From the NCBI RefSeq assembly GCF_018977255.1, contig NW_024704742.1, positions 49,912,001 through 49,976,000 on the forward strand: DNA of 64,000 nt. The letters run 5' to 3'. Below the pieces are notes generated by a model. The model was not told the DNA's origin. It saw nothing but the letters and a program-made list of their open reading frames with translations, and did no database searches. This document shows, piece by piece, positions 1 through 12,300 of this stretch (positions are counted from its first letter, which is position 1; every line of letters starts with the position of its first letter). The position numbers and the translations under genes are program-made. Source of the DNA: Callorhinchus milii (Eukaryota).

Positions 1-134
1 TTTTTTTTCTTTTGTCCCTGTGGATGATAGCAATTTCCAGTTGTTCATTTCCTTCTCTTGGCGTCACAAGTTTTTACTCAACTCGATTCAGACCTTCTGA
101 TCTCTGAGGTCAAAATTCTTGCTGGAAAGTGACA

Positions 135-495
135 AATAAACAAATAAATTACGTTTGTATAGCATAATGGGAGAATGTCCCAAGGTGCTGGACAGTCAGG
201 GATTTGCATCCGAACAGGGGGTTGGGATCAGGAGGGGTGGAGGAAAGGGAGGGTGGGGGTAAAAGGTTGACCAAAGATGCAATCAAAGAGGAAGCTCTTG
301 AGAGAGTCGTTGAAGGAGGCAGGGGCGGGGAGGGAGGTGAAGGGACTGTGGGATAGATTTTGAACTCTATCCTCTTGGGGATGGGGAGCCCGTGGAGTCA
401 GGCGAGGATGGGGTGATAGGGTCACAGATCTTGGTGTGGGAGAGAACAAGAGATGCAGAATTCTGAATAATCTGCAGCTTGTTGAGGGAAGAAGT
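135..495 (-). mobile_element. L2 LINE 3' fragment (internally deleted)
   Basis: Reverse strand shows the L2 3' tail (CTTGGGACATTCTCCC...GCTATACAAA) and ORF2 C-terminal remnants (SLKSFLFD); homologous to the 46278-47565 copy. Confidence 0.8.
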
Positions 496-624
496 ACACT
501 TCCCTCCACACTACACTGGACACAGTTGACTAATGGTGCATTCATAACAGTTAAATATAAACCTTGCATTTCATACAGGATTTTTCACATCAGGAAGACA
601 ATCCACCATTCGAATGAGCTGTTA

Positions 625-812
625 ACCGAGGTCTTGTCTGCCTGTTCAGGAGGAGGTTAAAGATCCCTCGACACTATTCGAAAAGAGAAGGGAGATTCTC
701 CTGGTGTCTTGGCCAACAATTCCCCAAAGTAAAATTGGACATTCTCTACATGGCTGTTTGTGGGACATTGTTGTGTGCAAATTGACTGCCACGTTTGCCA
801 ACAAATACAATA
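625..812 (+). mobile_element. DeuSINE (SacSINE1/AmnSINE-like) central fragment
   Basis: Deu-domain-type motifs TGTTCAGG..AAAGATCCC..GGTGTCTTGGCCAA..GGCTGTTTGTGGGACATTG..GTGCAAATTG. Confidence 0.8.
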
Positions 813-825
813 TAATACAAAATGA

Positions 826-1292
826 TAGGTTGTAGGCAGAAAGACTGAAGGCCCAACTGCCGATGGTGGAGCCAGCCAGTCAGGGGACGTGGGGCAGGCT
901 GGAACCTACTGAGCAGAGGGAGCAGCCTGATTGATATGGGATCAGCAGGTCGCAGAGTTAGAGAGGAGCAAGGCCGTGGAGGACCTTGAAGGCAAGGACG
1001 AGGATTTTGAACTCTATCTTCTGGGTGATGGGGAGCCAGTGGAGCGAGCCAGATGAAGGTTGGGGTGATGGGGTCATGGAGCCTGGTATGGGAAAGGACA
1101 CAAGTTGCAGAATTCTGGATGATCTGCAGCTTGTGGAGGGAAGAGTTGGGAAGCAGAGAGTTGGCGTAGTCGAGCCTAGATGTGATGAATAATGGAAGAG
1201 GATTTCAACGGCCTGAGGGTTGAGGCAGTAGCGGAGTCGGGCGATGTTGCAGAGGTGTGGAAGGCAGAGCGGGTCATGGCAAGGATGTGGAG
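826..1292 (-). mobile_element. L2 LINE ORF2 fragment
   Basis: Reverse complement encodes LHKLQIIQNSA / LHWLPI / FKILVL motifs. Confidence 0.85.
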
Positions 1293-1295
1293 TAG

Positions 1296-1712
1296 AAAGG
1301 ACAGTTACACATGTAGAAACCTATCACCATATTAAGGGAATCCAAACCACATTGAGAGTTCTATGCATCCCACCTACACATAGAAATCCCTGTATATTGG
1401 AATGGAAGCATTCTCTCTCCCGAGATAGCTACATCTTGCTTACCTAATACTAGAGAATTTGAATTCTGACAAAGGGTCATGGACCCGAAACGTTGACTCA
1501 CTTTCCTTTCTCCATAGATGCTGCCTGACCTGCTGAGTTTTCCCAGCTCTCTCTGTTTTTGTACCAGAGAATATTAGGCTGGCAAGAACCAAAGCTTGGG
1601 GTCACCAGAGTTTGTATTGGGAGTACTGCTAGAGTTAACCAGCTAAAATCGTGCAGCTTGCCATTGAAAGCATTACGTGGCAAGCTTCCCGCTGCTTCTC
1701 CAGCCAGAACCT
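1296..1712 (+). repeat. Unclassified dispersed repeat (family X), interrupted by a Penelope-like fragment
   Basis: Aligns by eye with 50201-50485 (-) and 18640-18932 (+): TGCATCCCACCTACACAT, CTTACCTAATACT, GTACTGCT..AACCAGCTAAAA. Confidence 0.75.
1459..1561 (+). mobile_element. Penelope-like element terminal repeat fragment with degenerate hammerhead ribozyme core
   Basis: CTGACAA-A-GGGTC-ATG-GACCC-GAAACGTT followed by GATGCTGCCTGACCTGCTGAG; flanked by near-perfect 11-bp direct repeats TACTAGAGAAT (1448-1458) / TACCAGAGAAT (1562-1572). Confidence 0.8.
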
Positions 1713-2189
1713 AGTATTTAGACAACCCAGCATTCTCATAGCAGGCGTCTTGCAGAGTTCACTGTAACAAGCAATCCAGCTACCCTGAAGTGCTGCATGT
1801 TAGCTTAAATTGAAAAACACTGAAGTCGTTTTCAGCAACAGCACTTCTTAACAGAATATGATACTATTATTTACCCTGGAAAAGTGCAATTTTAAAATTA
1901 GTGGACATAATAAAATTTGATTTCTGGGACCATTTATCAACTGTAATAAAATTAGTCTATCAACAATTTGTTTGTTTATTAAACTCAAGTTGACCCGTTT
2001 GAACCTAGTCACTTAGATGACATGTATTTTAGTGGCAATATTTTACACAAATATTTTAGTGACTAATAAACAAATATCTTTCAGTTGACCATTATCACTT
2101 TATTTGTCCTTAGAGACTAAAACTATGTTGTCACACCTCAAGATTTCCTTTCCAACAATCTCCTGGAAAAAGAAAAGAGTCACTTACTT

Positions 2190-2335
2190 AATGCTTGCTT
2201 GTAGGACCATGCTGGGTCCAATTTGACTTCCACGTTCTCCTACAAAATACAGTCATTAAACTTTACAGACAATCCTGTGAAGTGCTTTGAGATATCTTCC
2301 TGATATGAAAGCCACTATATAAAATGTAAGTATTT
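2190..2335 (+). mobile_element. DeuSINE 3' part
   Basis: CAAATTTGACTTCC..AAATACAGTCA..CTGTGAAGTGCTTTGAGA..CTATATAAAATGTAAG tail. Confidence 0.7.
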
Positions 2336-2702
2336 GGAGTCCTGCAGCTGAGTGGTTAGAGCATTCACCTCACAAATAAGAGGACCTGGGTTTGATTCCT
2401 GGGCAGGGTGAAACGTTAGACAAATTTCCTTGCTCCACATGCCTCTGTTTATGTAGCAGTAAGTAGGAACCTGGTGGTTAGTCGATTGGTGGATCGCTTT
2501 TCCGGGGGTAATAATCTCTTCAAAACATTTGTTCACTCAATCCACAGCTCTTTGTGGGACACTGCTGTGTGCAATTGGCTGACGTGTTTCGCCCACAAAA
2601 TATACAGTCAATTCACTTTACAGCATATTCTGTGAAGCTCTTTGAAACGTCTCAAAGACGTGATAAGCTGTTATATCAAATGTAAGGATTATTATTATTA
2701 TT
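2336..2702 (+). mobile_element. tRNA-derived SINE (long subfamily, CAC-anticodon-like head), full length
   Basis: GGAGTCCTGCAGCTGAGTGGTTAGAGCA A-box, GGTTTGATTCC B-box, L2-type tail ending (ATT)n; TATT(T)TGGA on both sides may be a TSD. Confidence 0.9.
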
Positions 2703-3091
2703 TTGGAAGTTATTAGCAATAGTCAATGATTGGGGATCCCAGAGTGTACGTTGGGGTACTGCTGGAGGTTAACCAGGTAAAACTGTATAACTTGACGTAA
2801 TTAGTCAGTATGAAGTTCACAAAGAAAGATTTATTAAATTGAAAGATAAACTTTGAAGGAATGTGACAGATAAATTCCATAACTGCAAGTCCCCACACTT
2901 TCTCTTCAGTCATCATGGTCTTTTCACCCAGACACTGACTGTTTTGAGATAGTGGATTACCTGTTTCCAAATCATGGTCCAAATTCCTGACTCTCCACTC
3001 CCTTGGGATCTCCTCCCTATGAGAAAAGCACTCTACAAATGTAATTTTGTATTGTATTGTATAGGGGTCGGTTTCTTGGAGGCACAAGATC

Positions 3092-3296
3092 AGCTCTCCA
3101 ATGTATTCCTCTTCCTTCTAACCTCCACTCAATATCTCCTCCCTCTGATCTCCACTTAGTATCTCCTCTTTCAGATCTCCACTCAATATCTCCTCGTTCA
3201 GATCTCCACCAAAGTCTCTTCCTTCTGAGCTCTATTCAATATCCCTTCCTTCCGATGTCCATATTATATCTCTTCCCTCTGATCTCTACTCAATTC
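3092..3296. repeat. 27-bp minisatellite, about 7 diverged units
   Basis: Unit ATCTCCACTCAATATCTCCTCCCTCTG, repeated clearly from 3121. Confidence 0.85.
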
Positions 3297-4099
3297 AAAA
3301 CATTGTCACTCAACTCAATATCTCTACCCTTGGTGAAGTGGAATTCTATGGCTACATGATTATATAAAGTAGCGTTCATCATCCCCCACACTCACAAGAT
3401 CGAATCTCATTTCAGATCTCTGCAGCCACATCAATTTATTTTCTCTGACAAAGCATTGGGTTATTCTGATATCTGTGATATGGGAATGCTAGACAGGTGC
3501 CTGGGGGGAGAAAGAAATATTCCACTTTGATCTAGAATTATACTATTTTCTTAACATTTCAGACTTTGAATATTCTTAAATGCAGTCTCATTATTGAAAC
3601 TGTTTTTCTTCAAGATGTTTTTATGAAACACAGAAGACTAACTTAAAAATTAAAACTGAATTTGAGAATTTGCCAATTCTGCATCTCTAAAATGCTAAGA
3701 AAACAGTATATGTCACAAAATAGATGGATTTTCTACTTCCAGGAGGTCCCTATATGAACAAAAACCATTGGAATATTTGATAAAATGAAATGCAATCTTA
3801 AATTAAATTTTACCCCAGCGCATTTAGAAGTTATAGCAATCGTGTCAGCTACAATATCTGCAAGGTTCTGTGGTATTACTTTATAGCAGCAAAGTGCATA
3901 ATGCCTTTCATGTAAAAAGAAACATCTCAAAACGTTTTACAGAATGACATTAATTTGAAATGAAGTGAATGTTATTATGGAGGCAAAGGTGGCAGCCAAT
4001 CTCCGCAAGCAACTTACTACAATCAATAATGACCCAAAAAGCCAATTACTTGGAATTGGTGGTGTGAATTTGGATGAGGAAAGTACATAAGCCAGGATA

Positions 4100-4445
4100 A
4101 CTGGGAGGAGTCCATAAAGAGGGCAAACAGACTCCTTGGATTCATGTCCAGAGGAATGGAGTACAAAAGCAGAGAAATAAAGTAAAATTTATACACGTCT
4201 TGGTGAGAGCATATTTGGAGTATGATACGCAGTTCTCGTCGCCAGAAAGAAATGTTTAAGATTATGAAAAAATTTGATGTGGTGGATGTTAATCGGCTGT
4301 TTCCAATTGGTGAGTCCAAAACAAGAGCGTATAAAATACATAATCTAATATAGCAGATCTAAAATGGAGTTTAGGAGGAACTTCTCTATGCAAAGGATAG
4401 TAAGAATGTGGAACTCATTACCGGAAGCTGTGATTCAAGCCAAAG
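4100..4445 (+). mobile_element. CR1 LINE ORF2 3' fragment
   Basis: Encodes ANRLLGFMSRGMEYKSRE and LEY..QF.SP remnants; AGGAGGAACTTCTCTATGCAAAGGATAGTAAGAATGTGGAACTC. Confidence 0.8.
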
Positions 4446-4460
4446 CAACACTTAATTACA

Positions 4461-4824
4461 ATAATACACCTTGCATTTGATATTGCGCCTTATCACGTCT
4501 TCGAGACTCTCAAAGCGCTTCATAGAATATACTGTTAAGTGAATTGACTGTATATTTTATGGGTGAAACTCAGCAGCCAATTGCGCACAGCAGTGTCCCA
4601 CAAACAGTCGTGAATTGAAGCGACCAATTTATTTATTTTTTTTGAAGGAATTATTACCCCCGGAAAAGTGATCCACCAATCGACTAATAACCATGCTTCT
4701 ACTTACAGCTAGGTAAACAGAGGCATGTGGAGTAAGGAAACTTACCCAACATTTTGCCCTGCCGGGAATCAAACCCAGGTCTCTCACTTGCGAGGTGAAT
4801 GCTCCAACCACTGAGCTACAGGAC
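4461..4824 (-). mobile_element. tRNA-derived SINE (long subfamily), full length
   Basis: Reverse complement of the 2336-2702 family, head through tail. Confidence 0.9.
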
Positions 4825-7800
4825 AATGCCAGGAATGGCATTTTAATTGTTTGAAGTGCGCAAGCAGAAGATAGCGAATAAGATGAGTCAAAATCAATGT
4901 CCTTGTGAAGGCCACTGTGAAGGCCAGCAAGCATGGTGAGGTGGGATTTTATTCCTAAATTTTATGATACTAGGAGAGTCGGGCTGGCAGGAGTCTACAC
5001 GCAATCCAAGGAATTTTTTTTTAACGTTTAGGTTTTGTGCTCGTTCCGGTTAGGTTCAAATTCCATATACCCGGTATCTGGTAAGCTGGAGGTTTATTGT
5101 ACTTATGAGGAAACTTGATGCATAGATGAGGGAGAAGGGAATAGAGGAAATGCGATTAGGAGGAGGGGGATGGGCCGGAGGCAATCCCAAAGCAGTTAAC
5201 AAGATATACTGTAAAGTGCAGCAACTGTATGTTTTTCTGGGTGAATAGTTAACGGTCAGCATTGATGCCAAAACTTGCACAATGCACATGCTTGCTGTGG
5301 GCAGAAAGCTGGCAAGTTCAGCACCAGACGCTGAAAGTGTACTGCTCATCATCCCCAGTATAAGTAGACCAGGACTAAATCAGGGTGTGTTACAATGGAG
5401 CCAGGCTCTGTTTAACATAGATTATTGTTATGTAGGCAAAACTAATTTGCAGATTCCTGTAGAATTCCAGGCACATGATAATATTTTACTGCAAATAATT
5501 TTCTACAACACAGAAAACATTATCAAAATCTAAAAGAATTATTGCCTTGCTTCCTAATAAACACTGTTAAGATTAGGCATGCATCTCCCTTAAAAGTACT
5601 CTAAAAGGATCATAGAACAGCACTTGGCTCACAAGAGTACAAGAGAATCAGACAAAGTCTGTACTTATTTGTGTTTTTTTAATTTTACAAAAGCACAAAA
5701 CAACATCTTAATGGGAAATCAGCTCTGCTCATTCACTTGGCAGAAAATGTTTCTGACTCTCATGGGCAACAGCCTGTGACCTCATAAATTATTCAGCACA
5801 TGTTAGCTGCTTACTGTCCCATAAACCCAGTAACTCCAATGTTAATTGTGTTAATCCTTAGTTAATTGAATGATATCTAATAAGAATCAGTTGTTCATTC
5901 CATTGTAAATTCAAATATTTCTGAACAGTCCCGTGGCATGCAGCTAATTATAGCGCACTATTGAGTCTTTGACGTCATCCATTTTTTCCACAAGGCTGAA
6001 TCATTGATGCATTGAAATGCACAGTGAATTGAGTAACCTAACAGTCACAGGAAATATATCCTGCGACAAGGCTATTGAAATGCGCCAATCCTCTGGCTTA
6101 CTCCATAAATAGAACTTGAGCCCTGAACTGAGCTTTTGAGGCAAGAATTCCGATGAAGATGTTGGCTCATGTCTGTGCTTATTCCCATTTAATATTCAAC
6201 TCATTTATGTCTGAATCTGACTATCCAGGGAATTCTACATTTCCGACTTTCCATTGTTCAAATAAAACGCACAGGGCTGATTTAAACGTTTATGACAGCA
6301 AGTAGAGTTCTGGTGTTTTTTTGCACAAAATGTATTTGCATGTTCCTTCCTTTCAATTCTATTTCAGATTTGTTTGGTTCTGATACATCATTCTGCAGTG
6401 CAACTTTATATAGCATCATTCACGTAGGGTAATGGCTTGGAGGATTTGGCAGGGCTGGGTTGGATACTGAGCAAGGAAGAGGGCAGAGTGGGAGGTGGCC
6501 TTAGGTGCATTCAAAGAGGTAAGATTTAAGGAGGAACTTAAAGACAAAGACAGGGGGCAGCCAGAGTAGTAGAGGAAAGGAGGTCCAGAAGTTTAAAGCA
6601 CAGGAACTAAAGGCACAAACAGATATAAGATCATCTATGTGGTAACAAACATTCTTTGGTTTGGTAACTTAAACATCAGCTATCCTGTGCCTCACCCGAA
6701 AGTAAACTTATTCATGGTATCGGTTAATGGTCACCAACTGGTATTTGTAGGTTAAGTCTGTCTACATGGTATACAGAGGGTGAATCGTCACATCCAATTT
6801 ACAACATAGGGTTAAATAACTGTTGATCGTGTTTTACTCATTTGCTAACTGCCACATATGTGTTTCTAAATGCTTGTCACTGAAAGGTACAAAAAGGTCA
6901 GTACGGTACATAGTCCTGATCCACTCTCTTTTGCATCTTATTACAGTCGTAATAAATTTCACTTTCAACTATAAAATGTTTCACTGTTGCTTTGCATTTA
7001 CAGATGTCACAACTTGCTGAATACATAACATAATATGTTTGTCAAACAATAAGTGTTTTCAGAATTCTATGAAACATTGGAAATCAGTGGGAATCCAAAA
7101 CTCCAATCATGCTGTTCTTGTACTCACTATAGGGTTACATTAAAATTCACAAGTGATGTTTAACAGTCTATAGATGTGCATCAATATGCTTAACTTTTCC
7201 TTTGAGGATTTGGAATGAGCAACAAGATGAATTATTTCATAGTCATGTGGAATCATTCCTATTAATGTGGTCAGAGGGAAAAAGAGAGGCCTGCATTTAT
7301 ATTAGCATCTTTCATACAGTGAGTACTAAAAATAACAGTGTTTTTGCATTGCCTTTACAATGGGATTTCCCTATTGTTGATGTTATAATCCCTGGGTCAC
7401 CTGTATAAATATTCTAATAGAAAAATACTTGGAATGTGAACAGGGTGTGAGTTTCTGAAACGAAAGCTTCAGTTGTTTAGGTTTACGGTTCATTTGAGGA
7501 GCCCGGTGTTTTTGTTCATTATAAGCACATTGAGTAAGAATGAAGGTTGAATGCTGACAGGTAATTACCATATGAGCTAAAGAGAGGCTCTCCATCACAG
7601 TCTATTCACAGGGTCTATGCCCATGTCATCCTGCATTACTTACATGTTACACAAATCCTTAATTCCCCAAGAGACAGAGGCTCACTTCACCACTACAGGC
7701 AATACAAAGCAACCTGGGCACATCCACACGCACAGAACATTTCTCAGCAGAGCAATAAGCCGTGCAGCATGAATATTAGATACTCAGTGAAACTATCAGC

Positions 7801-8067
7801 AGTAGACACAAACTAGTAATGGCACACATCTATCTTCCCAGTGATAAATGTGTTTGTGGCCAATAGCTCTCCATACTGCATCTCCCTTGAGGTACCCTAC
7901 AACAGAATAAAGAAAAATATCCTCACCCAACTGGAGGGAATTGAGTGCCCGTTTTGAATGCATTTCTTTAGTTTTTTGCTTTCATGGGCAAAAGAAAAGA
8001 GATTGCGCACCATTTCGCTATTTAAAGATAGTTTGTATTATTAGCAGTCTGATATTCAATTACTTTG

Positions 8068-8190
8068 CAATAATAATAATGATCATAATCTTTGCATATG
8101 ATATAATGCCTTTCACGTCAGAAGGACATTTCAAAGCACTTCACAGGATTTATTGTAAAGTGTAATGACTGTGTGTATTGTAGGTGAATG
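8068..8190 (-). mobile_element. SINE 3' tail
   Basis: (AAT)n-TTTGCATATGATA..TCAAAGCACTTCACAGGA..TGTAAAGTG. Confidence 0.75.
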
Positions 8191-8232
8191 TAATGCACAC
8201 AGTAGTTCTATTTTGTGCATAATTTACTTGCC

Positions 8233-8903
8233 CCCACCTCCGCAACATTGCCTGCCTCTGTCTCTGCCTCTCTCCTCGGGAACCTCAACCATCGAGACTT
8301 TTATCCATGCTTTCACCACATCCAGAACTAGACTACCACAACTCTCTGCTCACCAGACTTTCCAACTCTTCACCCCACAAACTGCAGAACATTCAGATCA
8401 TTCATGTTGCCTCCCGCACCAGGCTCCACAGCCTATCAGTCCCATCTTCGTCCACCTCCACTGGCTCCCCATCCCCCAGAGGATTGAGTTCAAGATTCTC
8501 GTTCTCACTTTTAAATCCCTCCATGGTTGTGCCCCACCCTACCTTTGCCATCTTCTTAAACTCTACCAACCCACCCGCTCCCTCTGCTCAGCAGGAATGT
8601 CCCCACACCCTGCTTCACATCTCCCACCCTGCCCATTGGTGGTTGGGCTTTCAGTCTATCTGCCACCACATGCTGGAATTCCATCCTAGAATTCTCTCAT
8701 CTCGCCCCTTCGCTCACCTCCTTCAATGTCCATTTCCAAACCTTTCTCTTTGACTGCACCTTCAGTCATCTTCAACAACGCCCCCAACGCCCCCACCCCT
8801 TGGTCCCAACCCCCAATTGATTGCAAACTCTTAACTATCCAGTGCCTTGGGACGTTCTACTCATGTGAAAGGCACTATATAAATACAATTTGTTGTTATT
8901 GTT
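8233..8903 (+). mobile_element. L2 LINE 3' fragment
   Basis: HLRNIA, ETFIHAFTTSR, LDYHNSLL, LHWLPIPQRIEFKILVLTFKSLHG; tail CTTGGGACGTTCTACTCATGTGAAAGGCACTATATAAAT then (TTG)n. Confidence 0.9.
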
Positions 8904-9929
8904 TATAGATTTGTTTTACCAGTCAAAGTACTATATACTTCTTATGGTTTTAGTTTTGATGTACTGTCTTCTCTGTCAATTGCCAAGCAGCTTGGCCCAT
9001 CGTGGACTTGAAGAAGCTGTGTTCTTTCAGTTCTCTGCTTTATAGAGTTTTTAACCTGAGGGCTGCCAACTGACCCACTTATAGTAATCCGCTTACTGAA
9101 TTTTGCATAGTCTCTCCCCACGCTATCAGATTCTCTCTGAAAGTGCAGACACTGCTATACAGAGCATCTGTTTACAGAGACTTGCTGTTCAATAAAAGTA
9201 CTAACATTTAGAAGCCAACAGCAATACGGAAGATAATAATTGGCAAAATTGCAAGTATATTGTCTAGTGTATGGACAGAATGAGAAAGTCAGTTTATAAG
9301 TCAATTATCTTTCATAAGAAGAGTTTCTGATTGAGCAAAGGATTCTCCGTTCATTGATGAACAAAATTCTTTCTACTGTAAAGAGAATTCAGCATTTCTT
9401 GTCATTTTGCTCTAATCTTCACCTCCCTCAGGCACAGATGCTGATGAGAACTCTCCAACTTTCAAGTCACAGATGCTGACAAACTGAAAGTAATTTCAAA
9501 ATCTCCCTTTTAACCCTTATGTGATAAAAGCATTATCTTAGTGTTCCCAGACCAAATCAAATATATTTATGCTTACATTCTGCAAAATATACAATCATTT
9601 CACTTTACAATATATTCTGCAAAGCGCTTGAGATTTCTCAAATGCAGTGACAGAGGCAGGCAATGTTACGAAGGTGGGGGCAAATAAATAATGCACAAAA
9701 TAGAAGTACTATGTACATTACATTCACCTACAATACACACAATCACTACATTTTACAATAAATCCTGTGAAGTGCTTTGAAATTAATTGCAAGGATTATT
9801 ATTATTAATATCCAGATAAAGGCAGGAGATGGGCATGGTAATTGCCATCTACACCATTTCCTGTATATTTCCTATTTCAAGACAGGATGTAAACTTACAA
9901 AATACAGAGAGGAAATTTACACATATGTC

Positions 9930-10280
9930 ACAAGACCACAAGATTTGTTTGAATGAAGAAGGCCCTTTGACCCACCTGATCTCATCCCTCCAGAATGCCC
10001 ACTCTACCATCCTCCCATCACAGCATCAAACTGCTTTTTAAATGAGTCTAGTGTCCTGGCCTCAAACATTCTTCCTGACAGCGTGTTCCAGTTGTTAATT
10101 ACCCTCTAAGTAAAGAAAACTTCCTGGCATCTGTCCTGAAATTGTCCTTTGCAACTCTAAACATGAGTTTTATCCTCGTATCTACATCTTGGTGCATCCT
10201 AAACTCATGTTCTGGGTTTACTTTTTCAATCCCATTTAAAATGTATGAGATCCCCTCTGAGTCGTCTTCTTTCAGACTGT
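9930..10280 (-). mobile_element. CR1 LINE 3' fragment
   Basis: Reverse complement matches CR1 copy 48206-48455. Confidence 0.75.
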
Positions 10281-10435
10281 GCTAACGAGATATAAATAAT
10301 TCATCAACCAAATTCACATTAATTACTTTACAATCTTTATACATTTAAACACTTTGGAACACAGTTTGAACAATGATTATTAAGAAATTTGAACTTGTAA
10401 CATAATAAAACCAATCTTTAGATCTGGGACCAAAT

Positions 10436-10657
10436 GGACTGAAATTCCACCTAGTCATATCCTGTAAGACTATTTTGTCTTAAAATGTAAGATAGTCTCA
10501 ATTGTGTGGAATCTTCAAATTAAGTCTTAATCTGGAGACAGTTTTCCGCATTTCTTAAAAAGTCAAGTTTCCAAATTAAGACTACATTTAAGAACTTTCT
10601 ACAGTTTTAAATTGTAATGTGAAATGTTAATACCTGTAATAATAAGGATTTCAGGCC
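10436..10657. mobile_element. Putative MITE with imperfect terminal inverted repeats
   Basis: GGACTGAAATTCC ... GGATTTCAGGCC; left part recurs at ~37288-37350 (TGAAATTCCACCTAG..TTTGTCTTAAA..TAAGAT). Confidence 0.45.
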
Positions 10658-11989
10658 TCGTGCTCAGTCATGCTCAATCTCTTAATAATCCTTTAGGTCC
10701 TAAAGTAGTGACAGCAGAAGACATTGGGATTTAATTTACATATTTCACAAAAGGATCTCTAAATAGTAAATCATTCATGTGTCGCTGCCAGTGCTTTGGA
10801 ATTCCTCTTTGAAAATGATTTCAGTTTTACCTTCCATGAAGTCAGCTTTCAAGGGAGTTATGAAGGCCAGGTGAGAAAGCATTAGATAAAGAGATTTGAG
10901 GAGAGAGGCACAGGGAGTGGAGACAAATTATCTTGAATTTATTAAGGAGGATCATAATGTCTGGGCAATAACTGAATATAGACTATGAGCTCTTATTGCC
11001 CCAAGTATGTCACAATGGTTGTGTTTAAAACCGGTCTGATTTCAGTGTCACCATTGTCATTGGTGACCATGAAAGATCATGTTTTAGTTTGCTTCATGTT
11101 TTACCAGCTTCACTTAGATTAAGTTAAGAGATATTTCTAACATTTATTGCAAATGTACTCCTGTTATGGGAGGAAATTTGCAATGTATGAATTATAACTT
11201 CTTATAATTATTACACACACAGAATATACAATAGTTTTTGTCCAAAAATACATATTTCTCAAAAATAATCCACGTGAAACACTTCTAATGTTTAGCTCTA
11301 TAATTATTTTTGGACCATTTGCTCCCATAACAGGGTGAAGACATGACAATGTGTGCTCTCCCCAAGCTCCGTGCATGATGTTTTCAATTATAGCTCATAG
11401 AATCAATATTTTGCATTCACTTCATGTATTGTAATACATCCCACCTATAATATTTGTTTAAAACTTTCACGTTGACAACTATTGGATCAAAACAACTGTT
11501 GGATTGTAAGCATTGCACACAATAATATGCTCTTAGGACCTTTTATGTGTTTATTTGAAAATCATATATTAAGTTGCAGTGAGTATATCTAAGTTTGCTT
11601 TACATATAATATTTAACAGATCATTCACGTAGGGAGTTTTAATCACCTCACTTCTATCTTCAGTGTCATATTCCAGCTCTATTAATTTTTAAATATATTT
11701 CTTACATAGATTTGAAACTTTTAATTTCACACGTTGCCTACTCAAAGTACTGAGTTATAAAAGTAGGATTTTCTGAAATGTTCAGTCATGTAGTTCTGTG
11801 GATCCTGCAAATATATTAATATAAACCCTTGATCTGGGTTTCAATTTGATCTGTGCAGAAGTTCTATTCATTTTAATGGCTGCATTCAGAATAATGCACT
11901 AATATAATATGATGTACACAGAATATTTATTGCACAAATTGTTGAAAAAAATCATAAAATACAAATTTCCACTTGTGCTGTGCCTTTCC

Positions 11990-12300
11990 CTCCAGGAGGA
12001 TGTCTCACCAATGATTGACAATGATGGCTGGGCATCTGAGCTGGGGTTGGGTGTCGAGGGGGTGTGGAGGGTAAAAGATGATCAAAAGCACGATCAAAGA
12101 GGTACATTTTGAGATGGGCAGAGAGGTATGTTTTGAGACAAGCCTTGAAGGGAGGGAGGGAGGGAGGGAGGGAGGGTGAATGAGAGGTAAAGTGGGAAAG
12201 ATGCAGTGAGCAAGTTGGAGGGACTCAGGGATGGAGTTCCAGAGAGAGTGAGCAGAATGGCTGAAAATCTGCCACCGATGGTAGGGTGGATAGTATGGGG
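11990..12300 (-). mobile_element. L2 LINE 3' fragment
   Basis: HPTIGGRFSA remnant and L2 tail on the reverse strand. Confidence 0.75.

Noticed and set aside
3092..3296. CRISPR-like array
   Set aside because: Head-to-tail diverged units without unique spacers, in a eukaryotic context.
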